Source: Macrostomum lignano (taxonomy: Eukaryota). Taken from it: a stretch of DNA of 64,000 nt. The notes beneath the pieces were generated by a model. It did not search any database, was not told the DNA's origin, and was given only the letters and a program-made list of their open reading frames with translations. The DNA lies in contig NIVC01001464.1 in assembly GCA_002269645.1 (NCBI GenBank), positions 66,955 through 130,954 of the forward strand. The letters run 5' to 3'. Shown in pieces: positions 38,364 to 51,448 of the stretch. Both the position numbers and the translations under genes were made by a program. Numbering within the stretch: the stretch's first letter is position 1; the number at the start of each line of letters is the position of its first letter.

Positions 38364-41300
38364 ATGGCAGCAGCAGTTGCAGAAACAGCATTGGTTCCCA
38401 CTGTGGCCACTCAACAGCAGCCACCAGCAGAAGATACTCAACCAAAAGATGACTCAAATCTGTACTCATCTCGCCTGCCTCGAATGACCAAAGAGGAGCT
38501 CAAGCGAATCTGCAAAGAGCTCAAACTGTACCTGACCCCTCACCTGAATGACATTCTCTATCTGCACTATAAAGGCTATGCTCGCATCGAGAACCTGGAA
38601 GAGTACACCGGCCTCCGCTGCCTCTTCCTCGAGTGCAATGGAATTCGTAAATTAGAAAACCTGGACGCCCAGACAGAGATGCGCTGTCTTTACATGGCAA
38701 AAAATCTGGTTGAACGAATTGAAAATCTTGACTCAATGGTCAACTTGGACACCATCGATTTGAGTCACAATAGTCTGGAACGCATTGAGAACTTGTCTAA
38801 CTTGACTAAACTGACTAAAGTGATTTTGGCTCACAATAAAATCTCCAGCATCGAAGATCTCAAAGGATTGCTGGATTGCCCATCGCTAACCGTGGTTGAT
38901 TTGCAGCACAATAAAATTGAAGATGCTCAAGTTATTGATGAGATCTTTGTTAAGATGCCAAACCTGAGGGTGCTATACCTGCAGGGCAACCCAGTGGTCA
39001 AGCAGGTAAGGATTTTGGTTTATCTTCTTTGACCCATCTATCTGTTTATCGTTCCGCGTGCATCTATATCCCACCCGTCTTCCCAACTCTTCCCATCATC
39101 CAACCCATCCTCCCATTCCCACCCGTCTCCCCATCCTCTCCCATTCCCACCCGTCTCCCCATCCTCTCCCATTCCCACCCGTCTCCCCATCCTCCCATTC
39201 CCACCCGCCCCCCATCCTCCCATTCCCACCCGTCTCCCCATCCTCCCATTCCCACCCGTCTCCCCATCCTCTCATTCCCACCCCATCCTCTCCCATTCCC
39301 ACCGTCCCCCATCCTCCCATTCCCACCCGCCCCCCATCCTCCCATTCCCACCCGCCCCCCCCCCCATCCTCCCATTCCCACCCGCCCCCCCCATCCTCCC
39401 ATTCCCACCCGTCTCCCCATCCTCCCATTCCCACCCGTCTCCCCATCCTCTCCCATTCCCACCCGTCCCCCATCCTCCCATTCCCACCCGTCTCCCCATC
39501 CTCTCCCATTCCCACCCGTCCCCCCATCCTCCCATTCCCACCCGCCCCCATCCTCCCATTCCCACCCGTCTCCCCATCCTCCCATTCCCACCCGTCTCCC
39601 CATCCTCTCCCATTCCCACCCGTCTCCCCATCCATTCCAACTTGTCTCCCCATCCTCTCCCCTTCCCACCCGTCTCCCCATCCATTCCAACTTGTCTCCC
39701 CATCCTCTCCCATTCCCACCCGTCTCCCCATCCATTCCAACTCGTCTCCCCATCCTCCCCCCATTCCCACCCGTCTCCCCATCCATTCCAACTCGTCTCC
39801 CCATCCTCTCCCATTCCCACCCGTCTCCCCATCCATTCCAACTCGTCTCCCCATCCTCCCATTCCCACTCGTTTCCCCATCCTCTCCCATTCCCACCCGT
39901 CTCCCCATCCATTCCAACTCGTCTCCCCATCCTCCCATTCCCACTCGTTTCCCCATCCTCTCCCATTCCCACCCGTCTCCCCATCCTCACATTCCAACTC
40001 ATCTCCCCATCCTCCCATTCCCACTCGTTTCCCCATCCTCTCCCATTCACACCCGTCTCCCCATCCCATTCCAACTCGTCTCCCCATCCTCCCATTACCA
40101 CCCGTCTCCCCATCATCCCATTCCCACCCGTCTCCCCATCCTCTCCCATTCCCACCCGTCTCCCCATCCATTCCAACTCGTCTCCCCATCCTCCCATTCC
40201 AACTCGTCTCCCCATCCTCCCATTCCAACTCGTCTCCCCATCCTCTCCCATTCCCACCCGTCTCCCCATCCTCTCCCATTCCCACCCGTCCCCCCATCCT
40301 CCCATTCCCACCCGTCTCCCCATCCTCTCCCATTCCCACCCGTCTCCCCATCCTCCCATTCCCACCCGTCTCCCCATCCTCTTACAATTTCTTCTTAACC
40401 TCCATCCTACCGGTCTACCCACAGCCTCTCTATCTGTTCCCAAAGAATCATATTTTACCCCCCCTACATATCTACGAGCTAACACCTGAAATCTACCCCA
40501 ACATTTACAGATAAAATTCTACCGCAAGACGCTGACCCACAAGCTGCCCAACCTCACTTACCTGGACGACCGTCCGGTGTTCCCCAACGACAGGCGCTAT
40601 GCTGAGGCCTACTTCTCCGGCGGGGCGGAAGCGGAACGAGCCGAACGGAAACTCGTGCAAGAAGAAGAGCAGCAAAAGACCATGGCTAGCGTGGAGTGGC
40701 TGCTAAGGAAGCGCCAGAAAAATGAAGTGGCCACCGCTCAGGTGGGGGGGACTTAAAACATCCAATCAGGATAATTGTGAAATCCATTTAAAAGTCACTA
40801 AAAAACGTTAAAATGAGAATCATCCCCAAATCTAACCTGAGAATCCTCTAAATCTCACCTGGGAATCGTCCCCAACTATCACCTGAGAATCGTTTTTAAA
40901 TCTCACCTGAAAATCGTCCCCAAATATCACCTGAGAATCGTCCCCAAATCTAACCTGAGAATCGTCTAAATCTAACCTGAGAATCGTCTGAATCTCACCT
41001 GGGAATCGTCCCCAACTAACACCTGAGAATCGTTTTTAAATCTCACCTGAGAATCGTCCCCAAATATCACCTGAGAATCGTCCCCAAATCTAACCTGAGA
41101 ATCGTCTAAATCTAACCTGAGAATCGTCTAAATCTCACCTGGGAATCGTCCCTAACTATCACCTGAGAATCGTCTTTAAATCTCACCTGAGAATCGTCCC
41201 CAAATATCACATGAGAATCGTGTTAAATCTCACCTGAGAATTGTCCCCAACTATCACCTGAGAATCGTCCCCAAATCTCACATGAGAATCGTCCCGAAAT

Positions 41301-42318
41301 CACACCCGAGAATCGTCCCCAAATCTCACCTGAGAATCGTCCCCAAATATCACCTGAGAATCGTCCCCAAATCTAACCTGAGAATCGGCTAAATATAACC
41401 TGAGAATCGTCTAAATCTCACCTGGGAATCGTCCCCAACTAACACCTGAGAATCGTTTTTAAATCTCACCTGAGAATCGTCTCCATATCTCACCTGAGGA
41501 TCGTCCCCAAATCTCACCTGAGTATTGTTCCCAAATCTTACCCGAGGATCGTCCCCAAATCTCACCTGAGTATTGTTCCCAAATCTTACCCGAGGGTCGT
41601 CCCCAAATTTCACCTGAGAATCGTCTCCATATCTCACCTGAGAATCGTCTCCAAATATCACCTGAAAATCGTCTCCAAATCTTACCTTGACAATCGTTCC
41701 CTAATCTCACCTGAGAATCGTCTCTAAATCTCACCTAAGAATCGTTCCTAAATCTACCTTCACCTGTCCTCATTGTACCCTCAGGCAAAGGCGGAGGCTG
41801 CCGCGGTGTCGCGAGGCGAAGACCCCGCCTCCGTGCCTCCCGTGGATCCCGCCAAGTGCGACTGGCTCTACGGCGATCACGTGACCTCCGACACCAACAG
41901 CGATGGCTTCGTTGACGTGATCGAAGCCGACCCACCCACCGGCGATGCCGGAGACGCCGTCGACAACCTGCCAATGATTGCTCCGCGTCAGAATGACGGC
42001 GGTGGAATTTTCTCCTCTGTCGCCAAGGATGCAGAAGAGCCGGCCGCGGATTCCAGCATCCTGTTGCTAGGCAACTCGCAGCCGTCTGAGGACAGGGATG
42101 CCGCTGCGCCCGCTGTGAAGAAATCTCCGCTGATTGTTGAACTGGATGACATTCAGCCGACTGTTGACGAGCAGATCAGCACCACCAAGGAGCCGGCGGC
42201 TGCTCCAGTTGAGAGCAGCTCGACGCTGTCGATGACTGAAATTCGCGACGCTCTCGAGGTGGCGGCGACTGCGGCAACTGAGGCTGCTAAAAGTCAGCTG
42301 GACGATGAGCTGGATTGA
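38364..42318 (+). CDS. DNAAF1: Dynein axonemal assembly factor 1 (LRRC50), 3 exons, ~468 aa
   Basis: Exons 38364-39005, 40511-40741, 41785-42318 (all phase 0). Motifs [44 protein letters not shown]22-type LRRs, LYLQGNPVV and [14 protein letters not shown] match DNAAF1. The exact start ATG is less certain. Confidence 0.95.
39060..40400. repeat. 26/28-bp C-rich minisatellite (CCCATTCCCACCCGTCTCCCCATCCT)n filling DNAAF1 intron 1
   Basis: Seen directly; source of the Pro-rich and Gly/Trp-rich ORFs. Confidence 0.95.
40815..41760. repeat. 24-bp minisatellite (CTCACCTGAGAATCGTCCCCAAAT)n, DNAAF1 intron 2
   Basis: Tandem units; same family as 44318-44960. Confidence 0.95.
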
Positions 42319-42319
42319 T

Positions 42320-42670
42320 TTGTTGATTGACTAATTTATTGATTGATTTACTGATTATCGATTGATTGATTCATTGATTAGTTGATCGATTAATCGATTG
42401 ATTTATTGATTAATTTTAGATTTATTGATTAATTGATTAATTTATTGGTTGATTGATTAATTAATTGATAGACTGAATATGATCGATTGATCGATTGATT
42501 CATTAATTGATTGATCGATCGATATATTGATTAATTAAATTGTTGATTGATTAATTAATTGATCGATCGATTGGTTTATTGATTAAGTGGTTGATTGATT
42601 AATTAATTGATCGATCGATTGATTAATTGATTGACTGATTATGATCTATTGATTGATTGGTTGATTAATT
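42320..42670. repeat. Degenerate (TGAT/TAAT)n low-complexity tract directly after the DNAAF1 stop
   Basis: Seen directly. Confidence 0.85.
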
Positions 42671-43389
42671 TTCTTATTCAAAAGTTATTGATTCAGACTG
42701 TGATTTTTCTGTTTTTTTTTCTAATTTCTGTTATTCCGTCCAAAAATGTGTGTGTGCTTTTTTAATATAAACTATTCGAAAAAAACAAGTGCACTGTTTA
42801 ACTACTGTTCAGGGTGAATTTAAGTAGTACGAGTAGCGCTGGGATTCGCTAAATTTATTATTAATTATAATCGTTTTCTTTACTTTTTTAGTTTACCTAT
42901 ATTGTTTTTGTTTGATGGCAACGTTACAAAATACACTCCAGCTTACTCACAGAGCCCTGGCTCTTTACGACAGGTTAAACAGCGAGTTGCTATCAGTGTT
43001 AGTGTTCTAGTGTGCATATAGCATTGCTTTTTTAGGAATTTAGCGTGGCAATATCAAATAGGTGCATTGTTATTCCCACCTCTACCTTATTTGGTCTCTG
43101 CCATATCTGTGCCCGTCTAGCCCATCTACTTTAACTCCCCATCTACCTCACTTCATCTACCCCACATCCTCATCTACCCCACATCCTCATATATATACCT
43201 CATAGATATACCTCATCTCCCCATCTACCCCACCCTCCTATCCACCCAATCTACCGCACTACCCTCTACCCTACCCTGTTATCTACCATCTTATAAATCG
43301 TTTCCAACATAATGAATTATTAAAGTTTAAAGCCAACCAGCGACTTATAATATTAGCTCAAATGACGCTATCATCCACCCGCTCTATTC

Positions 43390-43968
43390 ATGCATCCCTC
43401 GCTCGTCATCCTAAGCCGCCTGTCCCGGGCGCATCGGCTGCCATCCCGCCAGCCCCTCAGCCAGATTGTCCGCAGCTTCGCCGCCCCGCCTCCCGGAGGC
43501 GCCGCAGGCAAGAAGCTGAAAGGCAAAGGCGTGGCAGCGATTTCAACCAAGAAGGAGCACCCAGTGGAAACCGATGTCAACAAACTGGCTACTCACCTGT
43601 GCATCAACTACTACGTCGACGGAGAGTACATACCATTGAAGCCGAAGGATTCTTACCCAGACTGGCTATTCGAACTCAGCACGGAGATGGAGCCGCGACC
43701 TCTGGAAGATCTCGAGCCAGACTCCGAGATCTACTGGCGTCACGTGATTCAAGCTAAAATGAAAGACGTGTTCAAGCTTGGCAAAATGGATGGCTGGATT
43801 AAACCGGACCATGTTCACGAGACCAACCAGCTGGAGAGGTTCTATGGTGAAACCTATCACGAGGTGCTTAGTCACGAAGCTTCCAAAGTTGGATTGCCAA
43901 CGAAATCTAGCAGCGCTGATCTGCTTGAAACTGCTGATGACAGGGCAGCAATCAAGCGTTTAACCTGA
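43390..43968 (+). CDS. MRPL54: Mitochondrial large-subunit ribosomal protein L54 (mL54), single exon, 192 aa
   Basis: Basic, Arg/Ser-rich presequence-like N-terminus and the mL54 core CINYYVDGEYIPLKPKDSYPDWLFEL...LEDLEPDSEIYWR. Confidence 0.88.
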   Translation: MHPSLVILSRLSRAHRLPSRQPLSQIVRSFAAPPPGGAAGKKLKGKGVAAISTKKEHPVETDVNKLATHLCINYYVDGEYIPLKPKDSYPDWLFELSTEMEPRPLEDLEPDSEIYWRHVIQAKMKDVFKLGKMDGWIKPDHVHETNQLERFYGETYHEVLSHEASKVGLPTKSSSADLLETADDRAAIKRLT

Positions 43969-44317
43969 AACCTGATGCAGTCAGTATCTAACTCACTGAT
44001 ATCTGAAGTAGTCTTTGTTCATTCAATTGTCTGCAAGTATACTGTGCAATTAAAATATAACAGCTTCCAATTACAAGCTTTTGTCATCAATTACTTTTAG
44101 TAGTCCAGTTGTGTTGTAGAACATTATAAATTTTATACACATGATACTACAAATTCTTATCAATTAAAGTCAATGGTATGTTATGCATTGTTTAATTGTT
44201 TAATATAGGTAAATAGCAAAATATGTTTACAAAGTTTTCAGCTTATTTTAATTGATTGTTGCTTCTAATCTATATGATAGTTTACAGAGAAACTTTCCAA
44301 AAAACCCACCTAAAAAT

Positions 44318-44960
44318 CTAAGAAGCATCCCCAGATCTCACCTAAGAATCGCTTTCAAATCTCACATCAGAATCGTCTCCAAATCTCACATGAGTATCGT
44401 CCCCAAATCTCACCTGAGAATCGTCCCCGAATCTCACCTAAGAATTGTCCCCGAATCTCACCTGAGAATCGTCCACAAATCTCACCTGAGAATCGTCCCC
44501 AAACCTCACATGAGAATCGTCGCCAAATCTCACCTAAGAGTCGTCTTTAAATCTTATCTGAGAATCGTCCCCGAATCTCACCTTGAGAATCGTTTACAAA
44601 CCTCACTTGAGAATCGTCCCCAAATCTTACCTGAGAATCGTCCCCAAACCTCACATGAGAATCGTCGCCAAATCTCAACTAAGAGTCGTCTTTAAATCTT
44701 ATCTGAGAATCGTCCCCAAATCTCACCTTGAGAATCGTTTACAAACCTCACTTGAGAATCGTCCCCAAATCTTACCTGAGAATCGTCCCCAAATCTCACC
44801 TGAGAGTCGTCCTTAAATCTCACCTGAGAATCGTCCCCAAATCTCACCTGAGAATCGTCGCTAAACCTCACCTTAGAATCGTTCCCGGACATCAACTGAG
44901 AATCGTCTATAGGTCTCAACTGAGAATCGTCCTCAAGTCTTGCCTGGGAATCGTCCGTAA
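44318..44960. repeat. 24-bp minisatellite (CTCACCTGAGAATCGTCCCCAAAT)n in the MRPL54-NUDT14 spacer
   Basis: Same consensus as the DNAAF1 intron 2 array. Confidence 0.92.
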
Positions 44961-45069
44961 CGTAGTTTTATGCTAGAAATATTCTCTGAAACTATTTTAA
45001 ACTACTCAAATCTTTCAGGTCAGCAAACAAAATAAGCTCGTCAATTAGGTCAAGAACGAAAGGTTTAAA

Positions 45070-45765
45070 ATGTCTTCAGACTCGGCACCGAAGCAGTTAT
45101 TAACAAAGTTTGTCGTGTCCCCGCTGACCGGACCGTCGCCCTACATCAAGCCCTACTGCGTTGAATTTGTGCTTGACGGTGTCAATCGCAAGTGGCACTG
45201 CATGCGCAACCATGATGCAGTGGTGATCATTGTGTACAACACAGATCGCAAAGCTCTAGTGTTAGTTCGCCAATTCAGACCAGCAACTTACTTGCAACGC
45301 TGTCTAGAGACTAACGGTGGCAATCTGGAGTCCTTAATGTCAGTTGAGACTGCTCCGCCTTTGCCAGCAGAAGCTGGCGATGTACTGGAAGCCTGCGCTG
45401 GCATCGTTGACAAACCCGACAAGAGCCTAGCAGAAATTGCCGCGGAAGAAGTGCTGGAAGAGTGTGGCTATCGAGTTGAACCGGATAAACTTGAACTGGT
45501 TGGCTGCTGTCGGTCTGGTGTCGGGGTGTCTTCTGCCAAGCAGACAATCTACTATGCTGAGGTGTCAGATTCTGTGCGAGTCAGCGAAGGCGGTGGAAAC
45601 GCTGCCGAAGGTGAACGCATTGAAGTTGTACACTGGCCTGTTGACCAGATCGATGAACTGCTGCTTGGAAATGGCGGTGGCACCAGCGGTAGTTGTAATG
45701 AAATTTACATTGGTCTGCAATTCTGCCTTCTCTGGTTCAAGGTTAACAAGATGCAGTCTTCGTAG
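45070..45765 (+). CDS. NUDT14: Nudix hydrolase, UDP-glucose pyrophosphatase, single exon, 231 aa
   Basis: SPYIKP, HDAVVIIVYN, LVLVRQFRPATY, Nudix box EACAGIVDKPDKSLAEIAAEEVLEECGY and GGGNAAEGERIEVVH match NUDT14. Confidence 0.9.
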   Translation: MSSDSAPKQLLTKFVVSPLTGPSPYIKPYCVEFVLDGVNRKWHCMRNHDAVVIIVYNTDRKALVLVRQFRPATYLQRCLETNGGNLESLMSVETAPPLPAEAGDVLEACAGIVDKPDKSLAEIAAEEVLEECGYRVEPDKLELVGCCRSGVGVSSAKQTIYYAEVSDSVRVSEGGGNAAEGERIEVVHWPVDQIDELLLGNGGGTSGSCNEIYIGLQFCLLWFKVNKMQSS

Positions 45766-45944
45766 CCGCCAACGTTTTTAATATAGGCTGTTAAACTGCT
45801 ATTGTTTTGCAATTTGTTTATTTTTCTGTTTAAAAGTAAATTTAGACTTTAAAAAAATTTTCTTTAGCCAAATGCCACGTAAACTTTGCAATTTGTACTT
45901 TTCGGATAAAATTTTTTGGGATTAGAATTTCATTTCAGGGACTT

Positions 45945-46775
45945 AGGATTCTTATTAGGCATCAGGGATTCTCCTTTGTTGAAGAGGGATTCTCCCTGGG
46001 CATCTGGGATTCTCCATTGTTAGTGAGGGATTCTCCCTAGGTATCTGGGATTCTCCATTGTTAGTGAGGGATTATCCGTGGGTATCTGGGATTCAAGATT
46101 ATTAATGAGGGGTTCTCCCTGGGTATCTGGGATTCGTCCTGGGTATCTGGAATTCCCTCGTGGTATCTAGGATTCCCGTTGGAAATCTGGGACTCCCTTG
46201 GTTATTTGGGATTCCCCTTGAGTATTCGGGAGTTAGCTTGGGTATCTGGGATTTCCCCTGAGTATCTGGGATTCCCCCTGGGTATCTGGCATTCCTCGTG
46301 GGTATCTGTTATTCCCCTTGGGTATCTGGGATTTCTCTTGTGTTTAGTGGGATTCCTCTTGGGTATCTGGGATTCTCTTCGATATAGTGGGATTCCTCTT
46401 GGGTATCTGGGATTCTCTTCGATATAGTGGGATTCCTCTTGGGTATCTGGGATTCTCTTGGATATAGTGGGATTCCTCTTGGGTATCTGGGATTCTCTTC
46501 GATATAGTGGGATTCCTCTTGGGTATCTGGGATTCTCTTGGATATAGTGGGATTCCTCTTGGTATCTGGGATTCTCTTGGATATAGTGGGATTCCTCTTG
46601 GGTATCTGGGATTCCCCTTGGGTACCTGAGATTCACCTTGGGTAAAGTGGGATTCCACTTGGTATCTAGGATTCTCTTAGGTATAGTGGAATTCCCTTGG
46701 GTATCTGGGATTCCTCTTGGGTATAGTAGGAATCCTTTTGGTTATCTGGGATTTCCCTTGGGTATCTGTGATTCT
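45945..46775. repeat. 20/21-bp minisatellite (GGGTATCTGGGATTCCTCTT)n with 41-bp dimer units, NUDT14-TTC21B spacer
   Basis: Seen directly. Confidence 0.9.
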
Positions 46776-46804
46776 CTAATTTCTCTAATTTTCTGTCTCC
46801 TTAG
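46762..46804 (+). promoter_or_regulatory. Strong 3' splice acceptor upstream of the TTC21B ATG (candidate trans-splice site)
   Basis: CTAAT branch-like motifs at 46776 and 46785, polypyrimidine tract TTTTCTGTCTCCTT, and AG at 46803-46804. No upstream coding exon. Confidence 0.55.
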
Positions 46805-46869
46805 GGATCATAAATAATTCATACATATCCCCTACTGGTTGCTGCTCTCCCAGCAACCGGACAGCAACC

Positions 46870-49800
46870 ATGTCCGAAGCGGATCGCGAGTTCTTCTCCC
46901 TGGCATTCTATTATTTCCGCGAGCGCTACTGGCGTCACGTGATCACAGCCTGCCAGGACGCCGGCAGGCGATACGGACCGGCCGACCCGCTGGTGAAGCT
47001 GTGGGAGTCCTGCGCCCTGATAGAGGAGGACCGGGTGCAGGAGGCCCTGCGGGAGTTGGAGAGCCTGAGGTCCAAGCCGGATATGAATGTGGCCGCCCTG
47101 CTGTCCATGGCTCACGCGCACCGGAAGTCGCGTCAGCCGGATCTGCAGGCCATCAAGGAATGCGAGTCGGCCATGAGAGAGGAGAGAAAGCGAGCCGGGG
47201 AGAGAGGTCTGCTGTATGGCGGGCTGGTTGTGGTGCTGCAGGACCGACACGACAAGGCTAAGGAGTACATTGACCGGCTGCTCAAGATGAGCCCCGGATG
47301 TGTGAGTAAAATCGCAGCTGAACTGTACATGATCCCTCAATTTACATGTACATGCTCCTTAAGAATTTACAATCCCTAAGAATGTGCAATCTATAATAAT
47401 CCGTATGAGTCCCTGATGATACATGATCCCTAGGAATATGTAATGCCTGAGAATGCATCATCCTTAAGATTACATAATCCTTAAGAGTACATGATCCTTC
47501 AGAGTACATGATCCTTAAGAGTACATGATCCCTCAGAATACATAATCCCTCAGAGTACATGATTTCTCAGAATACATAATCCTTTAGAGTACATGATCCC
47601 TCAAAATACATGATCCTTCAGAGTACATGATCCTTAAGAGTACATGATCTTTAAGAATACATAATTCCTCAGAATGCATGATGCCTAGGAGTGCGAGAAC
47701 ATAATCCCTAAGAATGCATGATCATGATTCCCTAGAATACGATCCCTAAGATCCTCATTCGCACATTAATCCCGAAATCACAGGTAACCACAAATTATCC
47801 CTAAATCACACACCTGATCCCCATTCGCACCGCCCAGGTGGAAGGCCAGGCACTGCGGGGCTGGGCGGACCTGCACTCAAAAGACGAGGCTGTGCGCAAA
47901 TCTGCAGGCGCCAGCTTCGACAAGGCTGTAGAAGCCAGCAACGGCCGGTTCCCGGATGCCCTGCTGGGCAAAGCGAAGAGCTTGGAGGCGCGCAGAAATT
48001 TCAGCGCCGCACTCGAGGTGGTGAATCAGCTGATTGTGGCTTTCCCGAGATTCCTGCCTGGACTGATCGAGAAAATGCGAGTGCAGTTGGAACTGCAAGA
48101 CTGGGACCAGATGCTGGATACCGCATCCAGGTGCCTGGACTCCGATCCCAGCTGCATTCCTGCTATGGAGTTCCAGCTGCTAAACTTGCTCTGCAGGGAG
48201 GGGAGCTATACTCAGGTGAGCGCGTTTGGGAGAACTAGAATTTCCTTGTTGTTTTTACGGTTTAAGTATTTTCCTGTCGTTTTGGGGAATCTTGGGATTT
48301 CCCTGTAGTTGGGAATCTTGGGATTTCCCTGTAGTTTAGGAATCTTGGGATTTCCTGTAGTTTAGGAATCTTGGGATTTCCATGTAATTTAGGAATCTTA
48401 GGATTTCCATGTAGTTTAGGAGTTTTGGGATTTCCCTGACGTTTAGAAATCTTGGGGTTTCCATTTAGTTTGTGAATCTTGGGATTTCCCTGTAGTTTTG
48501 GAATCTTGGGTTTTTCATGTAGTTTAGGAATCTTGGGATTTCCCTGTAGTTTAGGAATCTTGGGATTTCCCTGTAGTTTTGGAATCTTGGGTTTTTCATG
48601 TAGTTTAGGAATCTTAGGATTTCCCTGTAGTTTAGGAATCTTGGGATTTCCCTGTAGTTTAGGAATCTTGGGATTTCCCTGTAGTTTAGGAATCTTGGGA
48701 TTTACCTGTAGTTTAGGAATCTTGGGATTTACCTGTAGTTTAGGAATCTTGGAATTTCCCTGTAGTTTAGGAATCTTGTTGGGATTTCCCTGTAGTTTAG
48801 GAATCTTGGGATTTCCCTGTAGTTTAGGAATATTGGGATTTCCATGTAGTTTAGGAATCTTAGGATTTCTATGTAGTTTAGGAATATTGGAATTCCCCTG
48901 TAGTTTAGGAATCTTGGGATTTCCCTGTAGTTTAGGAATCTTGTTGGGATTTCCCTGTAGTTTAGGAATCTTGGGATTTCCCTGTTGTTTGGGACTCTTG
49001 GGATTTCCATGTAGTTTAGGAATCTTGGGATTTCCTTGTAGTTTGCGAGTCTTGAAACATCCCTGATGTTTGGGAATCTTAGAATTCCCCTGTAGTTTGA
49101 GAGTCTTGGGGTTTCCCTATAGTTTAGGACTCTTGGGATTCCCCTGTTGTTTGGGACTCTTGGGATTTCCCTGTATTTTAGGAATTTTGGAATTTTACAT
49201 AAAGTTTGCGAATCTTGAAACATCCCTGCCGTTTGGGAATCCTAAAATTTCCCTGTAGTTTGAGAAGCTTGGGATTTCCCTGTAGTTTGAGAATCTTGGG
49301 AATTCCCTGTAGTTTGGGAATCTTATGATTTCTCTATTTTGAGGGAATCTTGGGATTTCCATGTAGTTTGGGAATCTTAGTATATCCCTGTAGTTTTGAT
49401 AATCTTGGGATTCCCATGTAGTTTGTGAAGGTTGGGATTTCTGTGTAGTCTAGGAATCTTGGAGTTCCACTGTAGTTTGGGAATCTTGGGATTTCCCTGT
49501 CTGGCAGTGTTATAGTTCAGGTCAATTGCTTATTATGAAGCATTGGTGCAAAGACTCGTAATTTCAAAGCATTATATAATAAGTTTGTTATCAATTCCAA
49601 TCAGGCCACATCCTCAGTAAGCGATCTGCTGCAGGCCATGGACCGATACGAGCCCAAGAATGTCTATCAGTACTCTCGACTGGCAAGCCTGTTCTCCAGA
49701 GTGGTGAGGGATTCTGAAGCCAAGTTTTTGTGTGTTTTGATTTGTTTAGTAGTTTATATTATGCCAATTAAAATCATTTTTCAGGTGCCGCCCAATAGTC

Positions 49801-51399
49801 TTGTAAATATTTTTGTCAATAAAAATCTGTTTTTTTATTTGAACTCGCAATTTTTTGTATTTGCTTTTTTGACAATCTTCCAATCTTCTATTATTTTTGC
49901 TGATTAATTTTTGTTTGATAAATTTTATTGCTTCCATCTTGTTAAAGTGACCTGCTTTAATTTAAACTATCCTGTTTAGTGCGGTTAACTAAACCCTATT
50001 AAAATCCGCCCCCGCGAAGTTGAAACCCTCCGTAAACCCACCCTGAAAAACCTCTATAAATCCGCCAATCCGCCCCTGTCGCTATCCATAAATCCGCCCC
50101 TATCACTATCCATAAATCCGCCCCTGTCACTATCCATAAATCCGCCCCTGTCACTATCCATAAATCCGCCCCTATCACTATCCATAAATCCGCCCCTGTC
50201 ACTATCCATAAATCCGCCCTATCACTATTCATAAATCCGCCCTGTCACTATCCATTAATCCGCCCCTATCACTATCCATAAATCCGCCCCTGTCACCTCA
50301 TCCATAAATCCGCTCCTATCACTATCCATAAATCCGCCCCTGTCACTATCCATAAATCCGCCCCTATCACTATCCATAAATCCGCCCCTATCACTATCCA
50401 TAAATCCACCCCTATCACTATCCATAAATCCGCCCCTGTCACCTCATTCAGAAATCCGCCCCTATCACTATCCATAAATCCGCCCCTGTCACTATCCATA
50501 AATCCGCCCCTATCACTATCCATAAATCCGCCCCTGTCACTATCCATAAATCCACCCCTGTCACTATTCATAAATCCGCCCCTGTCACCTCATTCATAAA
50601 TCCGCCCCTATCACTATCCATAAATCCGCCCCTATCACTATTCATAAATCCGCCCCTATCACTATTCATAAATCCGCCCCTGTCACTATCCATAAATCTG
50701 CCCCTGTCACTATCCATAAATCCGCCCCTATCACTATCCATAAATCCGCCCCTATCATAGTTTAGAAACAATTTCTATTCACTGTTTAAAAAATCAGCCC
50801 CTCTATCCGCCCCCCTCCCAGGCGATCCGCCAGCCCACCATCCTGCAGCAGACTGGCTACCTTCAGGAGCGAGCCCTGGCCCTGGACAAGGACAACGCGG
50901 AGCAAATCACCCGCATGGGTCACCAGCTGCTCATGCAGGCCAAAGTTCGCGATGCTATCAAAACATTTCGCCGGGCTCTGGACCAGGATGAGAGCAGTGT
51001 GACCGCCCTGCAGGGCATAATCCGCTGCCAGCTGGCTGAAGACCTGCTGCAGGAGGCCGCCTCTCAGCTGGACTTCCTCAAAGAAGTTCAGAGCAGCCTG
51101 GGATCGACCGGGGTAAGTGGAGATTTCCATTCGCGATTCTAAAATTGCTTTTGAGTTTTCGCGTGCTCAGTTCGCTTTGATTGATTGACAAAATTTTCTC
51201 GTGTCGATTTCGCTGTTCGAACAGGATTCGAGCAAGGCGGATGAAGCGGTAACTGGATGCTGGCTGGCGATTTTTTGATGCCAGATTGATATTTTATTTT
51301 TGTTTCTTTTCCTCAATTGCGTGTCTTCTGCTTTTTTGTTGGGCAGCTCTAACTGCTTCTGTCTGTTTGTCTTTCTGTCTGTCTGTCTGCCTGCCTGCC

Positions 51400-51448
<49 letters not shown>

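Noticed and set aside
39029-40514. Long 290-486 aa Pro-rich and Gly/Trp-rich ORFs on both strands
   Set aside because: They are translations of the intron 1 minisatellite. DNAAF1 splices cleanly across them (39005 to 40511).
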